A stretch of DNA of 64,000 nt, taken from NCBI RefSeq assembly GCF_001194135.2, contig NC_068982.1, forward strand, positions 173,772,110-173,836,109, in the 5' to 3' direction. The notes under the pieces are model-generated. The model was not told the DNA's origin. It worked only from the letters and a program-made list of their open reading frames with translations, and searched no databases. The position numbers and the translations under genes were made by a program. Origin of the DNA: Octopus bimaculoides (Eukaryota). Shown here piece after piece: positions 52,440 to 64,000 of the stretch (within the stretch, counting starts at the first letter, position 1; each line of letters opens with the position of its first letter).

Positions 52440-52585
52440 TGAAGCTTGCTTCTCAACCACATGGTTCCGGGTTCAGTCCCACTGCGTGGCACTTTGTGCA
52501 AGTGTCTTCTATAGCCTCTGGCCAACCAAAGCCTTGTGAGTTGATTTGGTAGACGGAAACTGAAAGAACCACATCGTGTATATAC
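52440..52585 (+). mobile_element. SINE family C, 5' half
   Basis: gaagcttgcttctcaaccacatggttccgggttcagtcccactgcgtggc..ggtagacggaaactgaaaga. Confidence 0.9.
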
Positions 52586-52984
52586 ATATGTGTATGTGTG
52601 TGTGTTCATATATATATATATATATATATACAAAGAGAGAGGGGGAGAAGACAGATAGTTATGTCTTTATTCATTTTAAATACATTAACACATTTACAGC
52701 TACACACAAAATATATACGCATTCACGGACTTGTGTATAAATCTGTAACTGCAAGGCAGGGTAATCGCAACTTAGTAAATAGTCTAATTTAATGTAGTGG
52801 TGTGTGGAATGCAGTAAACACGAGAAGGTTTTAATTTTTTAAATATGACGCTATATTGCTTCTTTAATCTAGGTTACATTTCTTTTGCAGATATTTTTAT
52901 ATTTCTAAGTTTACATACAATGCAAACACGCATATGTGATGCACATGAACCCATATATATATATATACATTCATATATACATAT

Positions 52985-53037
<53 letters not shown>

Positions 53038-53154
53038 TACACTGTTTTCTAATTATACATTGAGTCCTAATGATTCTGATTCTTTTAGTACACGAATAGA
53101 TAGATAGATAGATAGATAGATACAGACAGACAGACAGATAAATAGGTCTTATCA

Positions 53155-53292
53155 GGACAATTATCCCCTAGGACAATTACCCTCATAGAACAATCTCCCT
53201 CTCCAATACATTAAGAAGTTCTAAATCATCATCAGTTGTCCTCAGAGATAGTTGTCCTTGTAAGGGGTTATTGTCCATGGAGGTAAATATCC
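53155..53292. repeat. Small foldback with iterated GGACAA(T/C)T..CCC motifs in inverted orientation (MITE-like)
   Basis: Left side: ggacaattatcccc, ggacaattaccc, gaacaatctccc. Right side: cagttgtcc, gatagttgtcc, ggggttattgtcc. Confidence 0.55.
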
Positions 53293-53522
53293 AAGACTCA
53301 AGTAGATAGACAGATAGATACATATATAGACAAAAAGGTCGAAAGACAGACAGACAGACAAATAGATAGATAGAGATAGATAGATAGATAGATAGATAAA
53401 CAGACAGACAGAGACATATATACATGCATACATACATACATGCGTACATACATACATGCATACATACATGCATACATACATACATACATACGTACATACA
53501 TGCATACATACATACATACGTA

Positions 53523-54010
53523 CTGTGTAGAGTTGTGGAAATCAGTTGCCCGGCGGACAATAGCATAAAGCTAAAGGCCAAAATACCCATGCTGAACTAT
53601 TGAAGAATTTACAGCTACTCTATCCAGATTACAAATTCAGGTTCATACCTGTAATTATTGGGGCACTGGGATATGTAATACTGCCTAAATACCAATCTTA
53701 AGAAATTGGGCTTCTCAAACCAGAAAGGAGAAAGCTGATTCGAAAACTACAAATGCAATCTATCACGGCAACTGTAAAAATCTGTAAAACTTTCCAGCAG
53801 TCTATCACTTTTAAGCATATATGAACATGTCTAGACATACAACTATATGCATGAGAATACATACATAAAACAAAACATACAAATCTCCACATAGATACAT
53901 ATAAAAATAGCCTGTTGATGTTGAAATTCCATGGAAGAAGCCTTCGACCTCGGTTAGAAACCGGCTCTTTCTCTATTGGCAAGAAGTCTTGAAATAAAAC
54001 TGAATAATGA
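53523..54010 (+). mobile_element. R4/Dong-like non-LTR retrotransposon 3' end (restriction-like endonuclease plus 3' UTR)
   Basis: Frameshifted VVEISCPADN..ELLKNLQLLYPDYKFRFIPVIIGALGYV..LKKLGF..LIRKLQMQSITATVKICKTF; the UTR ends with aataaa next to (TACA)n. Confidence 0.78.
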
Positions 54011-54496
54011 CATACATACATACATACATACACACTTGCATACATACAGACCTACATACATACATACATACATACATACATACGTACGTAGTACATACAT
54101 ACATACATACATACATACATGCATACATACTGAGTTTGTGTAAGAGCTCATTGCTCCGTACTTTATCCCGTTTTTCCATACTTTGTATATAATCACCTCT
54201 AGACAGAACCATAGCATGTTGCAGGATAAACCGACTGTTGTTCTTCTCTGTTACTGACAGCTGAGAATAAAGGGACAGCTTGCAGTGACATGTTGATCAT
54301 GAATACGAGTCACTGCTTCATCTGGTAACGAAACCACAATTTGAAGAGTTTGTATTCAATGCCCTAAATACTAAACCACACACCTTATGTATGTATGTAC
54401 TTATATATGCATGTATGTATGAATGTATGTATGTATAAATGTATGTATGTATGTATGTGTGTATGTATGTATGTATGTATGTATGTGTGTGTGTGC

Positions 54497-54530
<34 letters not shown>

Positions 54531-54535
54531 CCGAA

Positions 54536-54607
54536 GGCAGTTTAGCTTTAATGGTAGAGCACTCAGCCGGTGTCTGAGCGGTACAGGTTGGAGTCCCGTA
54601 GCTGTCT
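54536..54607 (+). tRNA. tRNA-like cloverleaf, anticodon GGT (Thr); probably a pseudogene or tRNA-derived repeat head
   Basis: 72 nt. Acceptor GGCAGTT/AGCTGTC (7 bp, 2 G-U), D-arm GCTT/GAGC, anticodon stem CTCAG/CTGAG, loop CC-GGT-GT, T-arm ACAGG/CCCGT (1 mismatch). Defects: C33 and a TTG T-loop. Confidence 0.6.
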
Positions 54608-54640
54608 GCCGATAATCTCTTTCGTCGTATACAAACACAC

Positions 54641-54743
<103 letters not shown>

Positions 54744-56203
54744 CATGTGATTATAGAAAACGATAGTAGCCCATGATAGCTTATATAAATTGCTTTCCAT
54801 ATACTAAAGTTATATATTCAACACCATCGATAATTTCAAATTTATTCATAAAATTTGAAATTCTTACTGTACTACGTTGCTCATAATGATAGCTCTCATT
54901 TAGGAATAAAGAGGTATTCATTAACCCAATCAGTGGCTGCGTGAAAACTTTTAGTGAAGCAAATTTTTTTTTTTTAAATCTAAAGAAATTTTTGAAATCA
55001 ACATTCATTTATAATTCAATGTAGTGTAAGAGTTTCTAAAAATTGATTGAACAGTTTTATTGCACAGCCAATAGTCATTTAAGTGAGATAAAATGTGAAC
55101 TAATTATTCGATGACAGACCGTTATTGGTATTAAACTTTTAATTAGGTTGCTTAGCATAAAATGCAATATCATATACACACATATATACACAATGTGATG
55201 ATCTGGGTGGTAATTATAATGATCTTAATGATCTATAAATTGAGACACGGATACGGATTTAGGTACAGAGGTGTAACCGATTATAGTGAGTCCAGTAATT
55301 TATATAATGATTTCCAATATTGCTACGGATCAAGACGGCGTCCTGGCAGAATTGACAGCATGCCGAACAAAATGCCGCCAATCATTTTCTCCGTCTTTAC
55401 GCTCTAAGTTCAAATTCTGACTGGGGTTCATTTTAAGTTGGAATTTCAAGTCAAAAGCCCTTGTGGCTGTTTATTTATTTGAACGTAGAACCCAGGGTTC
55501 GAAACTGCATTATGCAAAGTTTGGTAAACTACGATTCTGTTATCCATTGCTCTTCTATATACACAAGAATGTTTTCTGATATTATAGCAAACATTAGAAA
55601 CTTTAATAATATCGCTGCTGCTAAGATTGCGCATACACAGATACTAATGTACACACACTTACATATATCATTTCACGTGTTTCAATCATTTGATTGTTGG
55701 AGCATTGCCACAGGGACTTCTACTCAATTATAGCAACTCCAATACATTTTTTTTTACTGTTCTGTATTTAATCGACAGGCTAACTTACAATTTTTCCCCG
55801 ATGGAAGCATTATTCTAGTACAAACGCGGGCAAAGACAAAATCACACAAATACACGTATACATACATACACACATACATACATACATACATACATACATA
55901 CATACATACATACATACATACATGCATACATACATATATATATATGACTGAGTCTTTGTGTGTATACATATTTATCTAAGTGCATTCAAAATTCGCTTTT
56001 TCGATTTATTTATTTCTTATAGACGTTGACCATAGCTCCAAATAATTCGCAATTAGTGTTTAGCACTCTCGGTGAATAAATGCCTGATTAGGTAAGTTGC
56101 ACTTTCTTGGCTTCATAGCTTCATGTGTCTAGTTACCACACATACATAGATGCACGCACAAAATACGAATATACATGTTTGTACGTATGTATGTATTTAT
56201 ATA

Positions 56204-56258
<55 letters not shown>

Positions 56259-57268
56259 AGAAAGAGAGAGAGAGAGAGAGAGACAGAGAGAGAGACAGAG
56301 AGAGAGACAGAGAGAGAGACAGAGAGACAGAGAGACAGAGAGAGAGACAGAGAGACAGAGAGAGAGATAGAGAGTGATAGAGAGATAAAGTCATTAAAAG
56401 AGAGCGATACTGTGTCAAAGACTCAAATTGCATACCTGTTAGGCGAACTTGCTGACATCAATCCCTTACGCTCGCTCGCTAATATGACCGACATATTGAA
56501 ACAGCTACAACGTAAGCAGAACCCCATCTATTCCACATAGAATAAAATTTAATTATGTGCATTTTTCAAAACCAAAAACCTAAAAGAAAAACAAACAAAC
56601 AAAGAGTAAAAAAAAAGAAAAAGAATCTCCTGGTTACATATGATTTACTTAGTTTTGTGATTTTGTTTCGTTTTTTCTTTATAATTTCTCTTGTCATATT
56701 TCAATTACAGTTTCATTAAGTGTAAGATTTCTGGAGACACACTGGTGTCATCGTATTTTGTGCATATGACATTACGCACATACACACACACAGGAACACT
56801 TACACACACAGTCTCTCTCACACACACACACGCGCGCGCACACACACATACACGCACACGTGTCAGTATTTCAGATTCTCGCTCTATTTCCCTCTCGTTA
56901 TGTCAATTCTCCCTCCTCCGCCTCCCTCTTTGTCTTTTAGATTCCATCTCATTCTCTCTCCTTCTCTTTCTCCCTCCACCCTCTCTGTGTCTCTAATAAA
57001 TATATTTTCATCTCTTTCTCTCTCATACTTCATTTCCTTCAACTATGCTCTTTTCTTCATTCTACTTATCTCAGGAGTTATGTTTCCCTCTATGTCATGT
57101 TCTTTCCCCACTCCCTATCTCATTCTCCCTTTTATCTGTCACGTGCTCTCTCCTTCACTGTCTTTCCCCCTTATTTTTGTTTTTTGTTGTTGTTTTTTTG
57201 TCTCTTATGTTGTTGGGTTTTTTTTGTCTCTTATCTTCATTGATAATGAATATATAGATTTAATTAAG

Positions 57269-57470
57269 ACGGTGAGCTGGCAGAATCGGTAGCACAACGG
57301 GCAAAATGCTTAGCAGTATTTCGCCAGGCTTCATGTTCTATGTTCTAACTCTGCCACGGTCGACTTTGCCTTTCATTCTTTAGGGGTCAATAAAAGAAGC
57401 AGCGGATTTGGCGTAATTGACATATCCCCACCCACGTGATTGTTGTCCTTGAGCCAAAATTTAAAATCAT
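57269..57470 (+). mobile_element. SINE family A
   Basis: ggtgagctggcagaatcggtagcac..ggtcgactttgcctttcattc..ccttgagccaaaatttaaaatc. Confidence 0.85.
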
Positions 57471-57740
57471 TTTATACATATAATGAAACCCTTTTATTTT
57501 CTTTAAATTTTTCTTTTACATATCAGTTTTACTTTCTTTTTCTTTCTTATTCTTGCACTCTCTCTGCCTATTACTTCCTTCCTCTCTCTCTCATTCTCTG
57601 TCTGTCAGTCCCTCTCTCGCTCTCTCTCAGTCTTTCTCTCTTTTACCCCATTTTTATACGAACACTTCTCTCTCCTACATTATATTGCCCTCTTCAATAT
57701 CTTTCTCCCAATTCTCTGCCACTCACCGATTTTCTTTCAC

Positions 57741-57800
<60 letters not shown>

Positions 57801-58718
57801 TCCAGTCTTTCTCTTGTATCTCCTTTTCTCTCTCATTGGACTTCACCTATTCTTTCAGATTCCTCATTTTTCACTCACTGCCGTTACTCGTGCTCTTCCC
57901 ATCACCTTCTTTGATTCCTTATTATCGTTTTCATCATCCTACCCTCTCTTTTCATTTCGTCTTCTCTATCTGCTACTTTCTTAATCTTATTTCTTCTCTA
58001 CGCTCTCCCCAATTAACAATATTTCAAATACTTTAGTTCTAAACCCTCTCCCTCTTTTCTCTATCTTTCTCTCTCTCCACATACACACATACAAACGCAC
58101 GCACACACATGATATGCGCACGTGCGTGTGTTCAGTAACCTTGTTCTCATTTATTGTATCACATGGTAAACAACACCATTCTGGACTTCTGAAAAGTTAA
58201 ACATTGATATTAATGCAATACCCACAGCTGGCAATTCTTTATGCGATTCCTTAATCAGTCAGTCACTCTCGATCAATCATTCTATGAATGTGTATTTTTC
58301 TCTCTCTGTCTGGCATCCTATGTATATTTGCTTCCTAATTATTCATCTACGTATTTACCGTAACTATCTACGCATAGTCTGGTCTGCGTGTACATATGTA
58401 TGTGCTATGTCGTGTGTACGTGTGTATGTATGTGTGTGTGTGTGTGTGTGTGTGCGCGTGCGAGTGTGTGTGCGCGCGCGTTTAGCTGGTCAAAATATCT
58501 CATTAACTTATTTTCTATAAATTCAAGCATCTATGTACCCATGTTGGTAACGCAGACTACACTCTTATTAACCGTAGGCAGGAATTAACTATACGCAGTA
58601 AACATTTTGATAATGAACCCTTCAACAGGTTCCCTTGAGAAGTTAGTGACTTTACGGAGGGAGAACACTAAGCAATGATAAGTGAAATTACGATGTTATG
58701 ATAAGTCCGAATATACTT

Positions 58719-58876
58719 GATGCACGTTCGAACTGGTGAACAAGCTGCACTCTGCGTTTTGTCACGGAGAATATATTTCGGGGAAGAAGGAGAATATATG
58801 GAGAATATGGAGAGCGAGATATATTCTCCGTGACAAAACTCAGTGAGTCGCTTGTTCCCTAGTTCAAACATGGATC
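58719..58876. repeat. Foldback of about 158 bp (about 60-bp arms, perfect 21-bp core)
   Basis: gttttgtcacggagaatatat (58756-58776) pairs with atatattctccgtgacaaaac (58819-58839); the outer arms are imperfect. Confidence 0.9.
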
Positions 58877-59967
58877 TAGCATATTCGGAATAATTGCATT
58901 GGACTTAGTGAGAAACATAGGTCAGAATGGATATGATATGATGCCTAAGAGATCAATGTGAATAACCTAATACTTTATATATATCGTTGCTATTATGCAA
59001 AAGTGTCGTAAGTGCAAAACGTTGCTTTTTCAGAAAACGAAAAAATAGTTTCACCATTCCGTAGCAATACTGTTATCCTACACTTTGACAATTTCTGATG
59101 TCTTAGCGTCTGAAGCAGCTGAAGATAAGATAGTTTGACCAAAAGAACCGGCGATTGCAAACAAAAATAAATATCGAAAAAAAAAAGTGCATTTGGCCAA
59201 CATTGGACATACGATAGTTTGACATAATAGCAACGATATATATGTATATGAATTTATTGTTTCGTTTTATTTCGTTAAATTTTAAAATCTTAAAATTTAA
59301 AAGATGCTTTATTATTATTTTTTGTTTTTATTTACTTATTTACCATTATCATTGTTTATATATGTATATATATTATTCATTTAATTTTTATTTTATGTAT
59401 TTTTAAAATTTCTTTTAATTTTTCAGTTTTTAATTTGTATTTTAATTTCATTGTTTGTTATTTTTACCATTTTATTGTTTTATTATTATATTATTATTGC
59501 TTTTTCATTAATTTGTTTTATTATTTTGTTGTTATTTATCAATAATATTATTGTTATTGGTGCTGTTAATGTTGATGTCTTCATCATCATTATTGTTTGA
59601 GTATCACTTATTATTTCGTAAAATTATTTTAATTATTTTTATCCTTAGTTCGCTTTAATGTTAAATTTAGAAATGTTCAACTTTAGTTCAAATTTTAATC
59701 CGTAATCTATTTAATGGTATAAAATTTCAAAACACATGTAATGAGATTAATTTCAACAACTCAACTTGACTTTTTCTCATTTCAAGCTCACATCTCTCAA
59801 TCTATCTGTATTTTATATTGTAGCTAACCAGAACCTTCTCACCTTCTTCAGTACAATATAATTACTACTGATATTTCATTCATTTCCTAAAACAAATCCC
59901 TTCTATGCTTGATACCACCAGGGACCAAATATTAAAGACTTAGGTTGACCATGTGTATAAATGACCA

Positions 59968-60279
59968 ATACTCTTTTATTCATATACTTGTTTCAGTCAT
60001 TTGACTGCGGCTATGCTGGAGCACCGCCTTTAGTCGGTCACTTTTGCCGAACCGCTAAGTTACGGAGACGTAAACACACCAACATCGGCTGTCAAGCGAT
60101 GGTGGGGGGGGGACAAACACAGACACACAAACATACACACACACACACATATATATATACATATATACGACGGGCTTCTTTCAGTTTCCGACACTTGCCC
60201 AAGGTGCCATGCAGAGGGAATGAACCCGGAATCATGTGGTTGGTAAGTAAGCTACTTACTCCACAGCCACTCCTGCGCC
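59968..60279 (-). mobile_element. SINE family C with two internal deletions
   Basis: The complete head ggcgcaggagtggctgtgg is at the right end. Junctions gcaccgcctttagtcg|gtcacttttgcc and cagtttccg|acacttgcccaagg mark the deletions. Confidence 0.88.
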
Positions 60280-60518
60280 AATATTAAATTTCTTCACAAC
60301 ATTTGTAGAATATCTAACCTAAAAGCAATGCTAATATGTTTACGTGTGTTGACCTGTCCTTTTCCAAAATTTTGACCATCTTCTACCCGTAATTTTATTA
60401 AGTGACCCCTTCCTATATCCTTTCCTTACTTCTCTTCACCCCTTTGTAACCTGTCTTCCTCTTTTTCTCTATTCTACTTGCATCTTTCCATATTTTCCTC
60501 CCTCCCTCATACACTCGC

Positions 60519-60721
60519 CATTCCTTCAGTGTTCTGCTTTGTTATACCCAGAATTGGCTTTGACGAAAGTAGCATTAATATTGTTAGGTCGTTCAATTGT
60601 TTAAGACCGATTGAGTAAACCTATCACTAATATAGCTATAATGACTATTGGAAATAACTGTAAGCCAAAGTTGCTCCAATAAAGGAAAATTATGTAATGA
60701 CCATTATATATAACTTGTCTG
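60519..60721 (+). repeat. Unclassified interspersed repeat, copy 1 (second copy at 63085-63293)
   Basis: Both copies share cattc.ttcagtgttctgctt, taggtcgttcaattgtt, ccgattgagt.aacc, atgac.a.tggaaa and ccattatat..cttgtctg. Confidence 0.8.
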
Positions 60722-60754
60722 TATACAAATTTAATTTGCGGTCCATGGGAAGAG

Positions 60755-60827
60755 CCGTTTTAACGATGCGTCCTACCCAGCTCTTCGAAACGCCGGTGTT
60801 AAAACGGGGGTAGCTGATGAAGGAGAG
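60755..60827 (+). ncRNA. Candidate hammerhead ribozyme, non-circularly permuted
   Basis: GUC at 60770-72, GAAA at 60787-90 and CUGAUGA at 60814-20. Stem I is ctaccc/gggtag, stem II is ctcttc/ggagag and stem III is gcgt/acgc. Confidence 0.6.
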
Positions 60828-61016
60828 TGTTCTCTGTGTCGCTTGTGTGTTTTCTTGTCTACGTTTTGTTTGCAATGTCCTGTACCCAGATGTGCACCTA
60901 TACATACAGGTGGATGTCGGTATGCACATACCTGTACGTATATATGCATATACTCATTTACTATTTGTTTATATATATATATATATATATATATAAACAA
61001 ATAGTAAATGAGTATA

Positions 61017-61051
<35 letters not shown>

Positions 61052-61430
61052 AGAGAGAAAGAGAGAGTAAATGAGACAAAGATCCGTTAATATGAAATAA
61101 TGTATCAATAAGTATACATCAATGAAATAATGTTTCAATAAATATACATCACAATAGAGCTATCAATTTATAGGTTATTACATGCATACATTCATGCCAC
61201 ATCCTATTGCACTCCTTTCATTTCTTTTATAATTATTATATCTATGCATATGTAGACATACACGCACACAAAAAAAAACATATATGTACAGAAATATAAA
61301 TACACTCAAATATAGAGATAATTGTCTGTTTTTATGCATGCAGGTATGCTTATACACACGCATTCATATATGAATATGCATGCATGTATTGTGTATGTAC
61401 ATACAAGCAAATATACATATACATACATAC

Positions 61431-61496
<66 letters not shown>

Positions 61497-62023
61497 GCAT
61501 ATACATACTTGCATCCATAAACACACGCATATTTATATGTATTTATATTTATCTATCTAATGTGTGTTAAAAACGTATTGTGTTTCATCTACTGTCATTA
61601 CAGCAGCCTTTCTCGGTCTCTGTTCTTTTTTAATCCAATTTCATTCAGTTGTCTTTCTTTGATTTAATTCTATACGTCTTCTGTCTATCTTATTTTGCCC
61701 AACATATATTCAGGATTTAATGTCTGATAAAATTATTTTAATTAAGCGCGAGTGTCTGTTTAAGGAGTCAGACTGTTTATGCATATGTATAAGTAGGTAT
61801 ATGTAATTTTGTGGGTATATTAATGTATCATATAACATTTAGCACTAGGATTCTTTTACTAAGATTTAGTGTCACTAGCAAAAAGAAGACTGGTGGAGTG
61901 GGAAAGATACTAAGGCAAGAAGATTGAAGGGCGATTGAGAAGGAAAAGAGTAAAAGTTAATGATATTGAAATAGAAAAAAAGAAAGCACTTGAAGCAGGC
62001 AAAGAACTGAAATTAAAATATAT

Positions 62024-62081
<58 letters not shown>

Positions 62082-62433
62082 ACATACGCACGCATACGTA
62101 TACATTGACACATACTCAACCACATGCGTTTATATTCCTAAATACAATAAAGTAAACAACTCGTGTATATATATGAAATACGTTTGCGTGCTCGGACGCG
62201 TATATATGTGTGTATGTGTGAATGCAAGGCAAGGGCTAGCTAACTTTCTCATGTGAAATTAGCAGTTCTTGGAGAAATACAAATATCATCTAATGAAGCA
62301 GCCAATATGATATTCACTTAGAAGACACAAATTTGCATCCACGTCTAACTGGACAAATTGCTTTCTCTTTTGTGGAATTGTATTGCCACTTTAGTTTACT
62401 AATATACATATGTGCATGCACTTACACATACAC

Positions 62434-62467
<34 letters not shown>

Positions 62468-62546
62468 NNNNNNNNNNNNNNNNNNNNNNNNNNNNNNNNN
62501 NNNNNNNNNNNNNNNNNNNNNNNNNNNNNNNNNNNNNNNNNNNNNN

Positions 62547-62588
<42 letters not shown>

Positions 62589-62688
62589 GTGTGTGTGTGT
62601 ATGCGTATACGTGTACATATATATACGCATATATATACTTACATGTATACACGCACACCCGCACATACATATATATAAGTATATAAAT

Positions 62689-63078
62689 AGGTGTGGCTGT
62701 ATTGTAAGAAGTTTGCTGCCCAACCACATGATCCCCAGTTCAGTCCCACTACGTAGCATCTTGGGACGAACAAAGCCTTGTGTCTGGACTTTGTAGACGG
62801 AAACTGAAAATAGCCCGTCGTATACACACACACACATTCATATATCTGTGTGCGTCTTTATGTCTGTGTTTGTTCTCCACCCACGCGTGGCAATCGGTAT
62901 TGTTTAGTTTATGTTCTCGTAACTTAAGTGTTCGGCAAAAGGGTCCAATAGAATAAAAACCATGCTGAAGAAAAAGAGTGCTGGGGGTCTATTCATTTGA
63001 GTGAAACTTCTCAAGACAATGCTTCTGCATGGCCGTAGTCTAATGACCGAAAGAAGTAGAATATAAAAGATAAAAGAT
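62689..63078 (+). mobile_element. SINE family C, old full-length copy
   Basis: gtgtggctg head, gtagacggaaactgaaa..cccgtcgtata, and the gcatggccgtagtctaatgaccgaaa..aaaagataaaagat tail. Confidence 0.82.
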
Positions 63079-63084
63079 ATGTAT

Positions 63085-63293
63085 CATTCTTTCAGTGTTC
63101 TGCTTGCTTATAACCAGAAATGACTGACTAAACTAGCAATAATTCTCTAGGTCGTTCAATTGTTCTCAACCGATCAGTAGGCCGATTGAGTTAACCAATC
63201 AATAACGAATCTTTAATGACCACTGGAAACAGCTGTAAATGAAATTTACTACAATAAAGTAATATATAATTACCATTATATGCGCCTTGTCTG
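63085..63293 (+). repeat. Unclassified interspersed repeat, copy 2
   Basis: Aligns by eye to 60519-60721. Confidence 0.8.
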
Positions 63294-64000
63294 ATAGATA
63301 TGCAGTGTAATAAATAGACTTATAGAATGATATGGCTATCACGGACAGATCCCCCAGGAGACCCGCCAAGCAAGCCACATAGTAATTTAATACGGAGTAG
63401 TATATTGTAGAGTTCTATGCAGCTGAAATCCAGGAGATCCGTTCGATGAAACTATTTCACGAGGAAGATATAAAACATAAAATGTCAGAAGGTATGAGAA
63501 GTGAATATATTTACTTAACTCCTTGTTATCTTTAGGATTTCAACTGTTTCGCAGCCTTCAGCACGTAATATTAATTTCAGAGTACAATAAATTATATTAC
63601 ATGCCTGCACTTGTATACATGCTACGCATTGTACAAATCAATGCAGATAAAAAATGCTGGTTCATCAGATCACCAAAACATCATGGTGTCACCAATTCAT
63701 TAACTCTATGTATATATTCAAAATTCTCCCTTTATATATATAATGTATGGAAGTGTCATATTGGTTAAGATATTTGATCCAAATTTAGGGAATGGATTAT
63801 CCTTAATATCAACAAAAGACAGGAAAGGGATAGCAAAAATAATTAGATTAAATTAAAAGAATTAAAAAATATCTAAAAATATATATAACAAAATGTGTGT
63901 TATATCGGTAGAGCAATCTCGGGATATGTTTTAATGCATTAACAATTAGTAAGTTAAGACAAGATTACGGTTAACCAAGGTAAGGAATTAGCTAGCATAC

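Noticed and set aside
56400-56540. Protein-like frame with a GTAAG donor
   Set aside because: The upstream context is purine-rich (GA)n with no acceptor; the ORF is driven by the microsatellite.
56860-58080. Leu/Ser/Phe-rich ORFs
   Set aside because: CT-rich low-complexity DNA.

Overview
AT-rich, microsatellite-dense eukaryotic scaffold segment with 18 N-gaps (e.g. 1483-2003, 12899-13663, 41244-41879, 49491-50384). The tRNA-derived SINE families look like those I recall from octopus/coleoid cephalopod genomes; this is inference and needs a BLAST. I recognise no intact host gene, so the window is intergenic or intronic, and almost every ORF in the track is a microsatellite or gap artefact. 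Supportable content is transposon debris: two Penelope-like elements (RT plus GIY-YIG at 1-1400, another at 45650-46540), 3' fragments of CR1, probable RTE, L1/Tx1 and R4/Dong-type LINEs, two copies of an internally deleted Tc1/mariner (maT-like) element, a mariner foldback, a probable Chapaev3 fragment, several MITE-like inverted repeats, a tRNA-like cloverleaf and three main SINE families. The strongest lead is at 60755-60827: all conserved hammerhead-ribozyme core motifs and three complementary stems are present, but in a non-circularly permuted (pseudoknotted) order. Two more degenerate hammerhead-like remnants are at 22285-22360 and 32117-32153.
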